From: Chitinophagaceae bacterium
GTDB taxonomy: Bacteria > Bacteroidota > Bacteroidia > Chitinophagales > Chitinophagaceae
Direction: 5' to 3'
Assembly: GCA_043753245.1 (NCBI GenBank)
Contig: JAYUXA010000217.1
Coordinates: 1 to 37,997 of the forward strand
Length of the DNA: 37,997 bases
Positions 35,284 to 37,997 of this stretch are shown here, piece after piece. A program made the position numbers and the translations under genes. The first letter of the stretch is position 1; every line of letters begins with the position of its first letter. The notes under the pieces are model-generated. The model saw nothing but the letters and a program-made list of their open reading frames with translations. It searched no databases and was not told the DNA's origin.

Positions 35284-36292
35284 CAGTATTGTTTAGCATA
35301 ACCGGTTTTTTGTTGAGTACTGGTAATAATAAAAATGCCATAGTCCCGAATAAGATGATAATTCCCGTCTGTGCAAACCAGATGAGCATACCCAGTGACA
35401 ATCCTTTTTCCGGAGTCACACCATATAAAATCATAACCTGCTGTATGGCATATTGAAAAGAACCGATGCCTCCGGGTGAAGGAATGATCATGCCGAAACT
35501 TCCAAAGGTAAGTGCAGACAAGGCACCACGAATGCCGAAATGCGACATATCTCTCATAGCATAAAACCCCATGTATGTACTGTACAGGTATAATGTCCAT
35601 ATCAATGCGGAGTACAATATGAACAACCCTTTGTTTTTAATATACCTGATGCTGATCAGCCCCTGCCAGATGCCTCTGAACACGTCTTTTGTTTTGGCAA
35701 CAAAAGGCAGATGGCTAAGTTTTCGGAAGAGCCATATAAATAATAAAATAAAGGAGAAGACGATCATCAGTACAGAAAAAGTTTTCAGCACGGATATATC
35801 GCCTGTTTTAGAAGTAAAAAAATTCTTAAAGGTTTCTTTTGCAAAGCCACCGATCAGGTCATACTGGGAAAAGATCGTAATCAGTAAAACAACCGCCAGG
35901 GTACAAACGTCGATTGCGCGTTCAGCAACTATTGTTCCAACGAGTTTATCGGCCGGCACTTTTTCATAACGTGCAAGAATAGTACATTTTAACACTTCTC
36001 CGAGTCGCGGCACCGCAAGATTGGCCCAGTATCCCACCATCACAGCAAGAAAGGTATTGAGCAAACCGGGCTCGTACCCCAGGGGCTGTATTAGAATTTT
36101 CCACCTAAGCGCACGGATAAAATGACTGACAAGCAACATTACTGTGGCGGGGATCAGAAAAAAATAATCAGCCCCGGAAAGATCGTTAAGAATGGTGCGC
36201 CAGTCCGATGTACGAAGGGTGAGCCATAATAGGAAAATACCCAGTCCCAGAAAAAAAACATACTGAATAACACTGAGTATTTTTTTATTCAC
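35258..36292 (-). CDS. UPF0104 / lysylphosphatidylglycerol-synthase-TM-region-like ('flippase-like') membrane protein
   Basis: The 344 aa protein has about 8 TM helices. It opens with KKILSVIQYVFFLGLGIFLLW and has the RALRWKIL segment characteristic of the family. Confidence 0.62.
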   Translation of the reverse strand: MNKKILSVIQYVFFLGLGIFLLWLTLRTSDWRTILNDLSGADYFFLIPATVMLLVSHFIRALRWKILIQPLGYEPGLLNTFLAVMVGYWANLAVPRLGEVLKCTILARYEKVPADKLVGTIVAERAIDVCTLAVVLLITIFSQYDLIGGFAKETFKNFFTSKTGDISVLKTFSVLMIVFSFILLFIWLFRKLSHLPFVAKTKDVFRGIWQGLISIRYIKNKGLFILYSALIWTLYLYSTYMGFYAMRDMSHFGIRGALSALTFGSFGMIIPSPGGIGSFQYAIQQVMILYGVTPEKGLSLGMLIWFAQTGIIILFGTMAFLLLPVLNKKPVMLNNTDEKYNSNT

Positions 36293-36295
36293 TGT

Positions 36296-36640
36296 CTATA
36301 ATTTATTGCCTTCTTTAGGGAAAACGATCCAGGGTTTAAATAATTTGGCTTTTTCAAAATCCATCTGAGCGTAAGATAAAACAATCACAATATCTCCAAC
36401 GGCTCCCTGTCTTGCTGCTGGTCCGTTGAGGCAGCAAACGCCGGAACCTCTTTTCCCTTTGATAATGTACGTTTCGAGACGATGTCCATTATTAATATTT
36501 ACCACCGTGATCTTTTCATTTTCGATCATGTTGGAGGCGTCCAGCAGGTCTTCGTCCAATGTCAGGGAACCAACATAGTTAAGATTGGCTTCCGTAATGA
36601 CAGCACGGTGAATTTTCGATTTTAATATTTCTATTTGCAT
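36296..36640 (-). CDS. panD: Aspartate 1-decarboxylase
   Basis: It begins [29 protein letters not shown], which contains the Gly-Ser self-processing site. Length is 114 aa. Confidence 0.95.
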   Translation of the reverse strand: MQIEILKSKIHRAVITEANLNYVGSLTLDEDLLDASNMIENEKITVVNINNGHRLETYIIKGKRGSGVCCLNGPAARQGAVGDIVIVLSYAQMDFEKAKLFKPWIVFPKEGNKL

Positions 36641-36670
36641 AGCAGGCGCAAAACTATAAAAAAAATGCTA

Positions 36671-37537
36671 CTAATATTCCGTCTTTCCCGGAATAGAAGG
36701 GATCTGTACATTATCAATAAGCCTCACATCGCCGAGGTAGGCCGCTACTAACAGTACCAGCGGGGTAATTCCATCCCATACCTGCACCGGTTCCAGTGTG
36801 CGGGCATCGGCAAGTTCAACGTAGTCGGGTTTAAACTGCAGGGACAACTTCCGGATCGCAGCGGCAAGCACCGGACCATTGTTGCCTGGTGTAATTGCTA
36901 TGGCTGCATTGATAAGCAGCTGATAAATGAAAGGAGCGGTTGCACGCTGTCCGGCTGTCAGCCGGAGGTTGCGGCTGCTCATTGCCAAACCATCAGTTTC
37001 GCGGACAGTGGGGCATCTCTCCAGGATTACTTTAAAATCGAGTGACTCCAGCATTTTACTGACCACCAGACACTGCTGGTAATCTTTGCTTCCCATGAAT
37101 ACCATTGCCGGTCTGACCATGCGAAGCAATCTGTTCATTACCTGGCACACTCCCTGAAAATGCCCGGGTCTGAATTTTCCTTCCATAAGTTGTTCCAGGG
37201 CTCCAAGATCATAGTTTTCTAATTTGTCCAGTCCGTCCGGATAAACCTCTTTTACTGAAGGAATAAACAACACATCGGCTGTGGATTTCTCTAGAAGGAA
37301 GATGTCTTTTTCAATACGCTGGGGATACTTTGTAAAATCTCCCGGATCGTTGAATTGTGTCGGATTAACAAAAATACTGCACACGGTTATGTCGCATTTC
37401 TGACCGGAAATCCGAACCAGGTTCAGGTGCCCCGGGTGCAGGGCCCCCATAGTGGGAATGAAGCCAATCTGCTTGCCGGATGCGGTTTGCCGCTGAATAA
37501 ATTCCTGAAGTAGCGCAGCTTGTTTTATAATGATCAT
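36671..37537 (-). CDS. panC: Pantoate--beta-alanine ligase
   Basis: PTMGALHPGHL (HIGH-like), FVNPTQF and AMSSRN motifs are present. Length is 288 aa. Confidence 0.95.
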   Translation of the reverse strand: MIIIKQAALLQEFIQRQTASGKQIGFIPTMGALHPGHLNLVRISGQKCDITVCSIFVNPTQFNDPGDFTKYPQRIEKDIFLLEKSTADVLFIPSVKEVYPDGLDKLENYDLGALEQLMEGKFRPGHFQGVCQVMNRLLRMVRPAMVFMGSKDYQQCLVVSKMLESLDFKVILERCPTVRETDGLAMSSRNLRLTAGQRATAPFIYQLLINAAIAITPGNNGPVLAAAIRKLSLQFKPDYVELADARTLEPVQVWDGITPLVLLVAAYLGDVRLIDNVQIPSIPGKTEY

Positions 37538-37594
37538 CTGGTGGGTTTAAAAGCTGCTAAAGGCCTGTGGACAAATTTTTATGATTAAATACCT

Positions 37595-37602
37595 TACCTT
37601 TG
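37595..37602 (+). promoter_or_regulatory. Candidate Bacteroidota -7 box (TAnnTTTG) for the glycogen-synthase-like gene
   Basis: TACCTTTG matches the consensus and sits 44 nt upstream of the ATG at 37646. Its TTTG is part of the palindrome TTTGCAAA (37599-37606) in the divergent panC gap. Confidence 0.35.
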
Positions 37603-37645
37603 CAAACTAATTTTTAAATCGTTATATCTAAGCAATTTTATCATA

Positions 37646-37997
37646 ATGCTGACAAAGAAAAGAATTTTATTTATTGCTAACGAGATGTCTCCTTATTTGG
37701 AACTTACCGAGTTCTCAGAGATCGTGAACCGGCTGGCAATAAAGGCAAATGAAGGGGGCTTTGAAGTCCGTTGCATCATGCCCCGCTTTGGCATCATTAA
37801 TGAAAGACGGCACCGTCTTCATGAAGTTGTACGCCTTTCAGGGATCAATGTTTCGGTTGACAGTGACGATTACCCTCTGCAGATCAAGGTGGCATCCTTG
37901 CCCAATGCAAGGCTTCAGGTATACTTTTTAGATAATGAAGACCTGTTTAAAAGAAAATTTATTTTCCACGATGACCAGGAAAAATGGTATGATGACA
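37646..37997 (+). CDS. Glycogen/starch-synthase-like (GT5 N-domain) protein, 3'-truncated by the window edge; absent from the ORF track
   Basis: My own translation from the ATG at 37646 runs open to the window end: MLTKKRILFIANEMSPYLELTEFSEIVNRLAIKANEGGFEVRCIMPRFGIINERRHRLHEVVRLSGINVSVDSDDYPLQIKVASLPNARLQVYFLDNEDLFKRK... The layout is that of a GlgA N-terminus, but K-x-G-G-L is replaced by LTEFS. Confidence 0.72.
   Translation, partial: MLTKKRILFIANEMSPYLELTEFSEIVNRLAIKANEGGFEVRCIMPRFGIINERRHRLHEVVRLSGINVSVDSDDYPLQIKVASLPNARLQVYFLDNEDLFKRKFIFHDDQEKWYDD

Noticed and set aside
37599-37606. The palindrome TTTGCAAA in the panC/glgA-like divergent gap as a shared bidirectional -7 element or operator.
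   Set aside because: Only the plus-strand reading (TACCTTTG) fits TAnnTTTG. The minus-strand reading (TTAGTTTG) has the wrong spacing. A single 8-bp palindrome is not evidence for an operator.
1-37997. A whole-window look for CRISPR arrays, tRNA/rRNA genes, IS elements, integrases, toxin-antitoxin pairs or known defence genes.
   Set aside because: No spaced direct repeats or cloverleaf-sized conserved segments appear in the short intergenic gaps. No transposase, integrase or nuclease-like ORFs were seen either. The only tandem repeat is the in-frame 36-bp repeat at 16011-16118.

Overview
This window looks like a gene-dense chromosomal segment of a Bacteroidota genome, probably Chitinophagaceae or Sphingobacteriia-like. 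The taxon call is inferred from gene content, protein styles and two TAnnTTTG -7 promoter boxes, and is not proven. I support 37 CDS, two of them cut by the window edges. I found no tRNA, rRNA, CRISPR array, transposase, integrase or phage genes, and no intergenic gap exceeds about 125 bp.

Content, left to right:
- tpiA (partial).
- An AT-rich three-gene glycan cassette: flippase-like protein, SAM methyltransferase and GT4 glycosyltransferase.
- A ROK sugar kinase plus an oversized FHS-type sugar MFS transporter.
- A glycogen operon, glgA-glgC-(GPH/SLC45-like MFS)-glgB.
- A TPR protein.
- A tightly packed five-gene operon led by an ECF sigma factor: sigma, a TM anti-sigma-like protein with a beta-barrel, a CXXCH lipoprotein, YceI and a DUF5777-like barrel.
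- Housekeeping and assorted genes: argS, gtrA-like, dnaK, lysC, fbp, an orphan ABC ATPase, a YfiT/DinB hydrolase, a NUDIX hydrolase, folC and a TonB-like protein.
- A radical SAM enzyme with an unassigned N-terminal domain, a small membrane protein and an arginase-family enzyme.
- A CcmE (CXXXY variant) plus a giant CcmF/CcsA-family protein, then a DUF4294-like protein.
- The panC-panD-(UPF0104 membrane protein)-(RfaE domain-II-like) operon.
- A divergent, motif-degenerate glycogen-synthase paralog (partial).

Most of the window is ordinary core metabolism, and I see no clear-cut novel system. The best candidate for an undescribed functional module is the ECF-sigma-led envelope operon at 13359-17078. 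Its anti-sigma-like protein appears to combine an inner-membrane anchor, a tandem-repeat linker and an outer-membrane-type barrel. Secondary candidates are the radical SAM protein and the cysteine-variant CcmE/CcmF pair. All family assignments come from motifs read by eye in the supplied translations. No database search was run.
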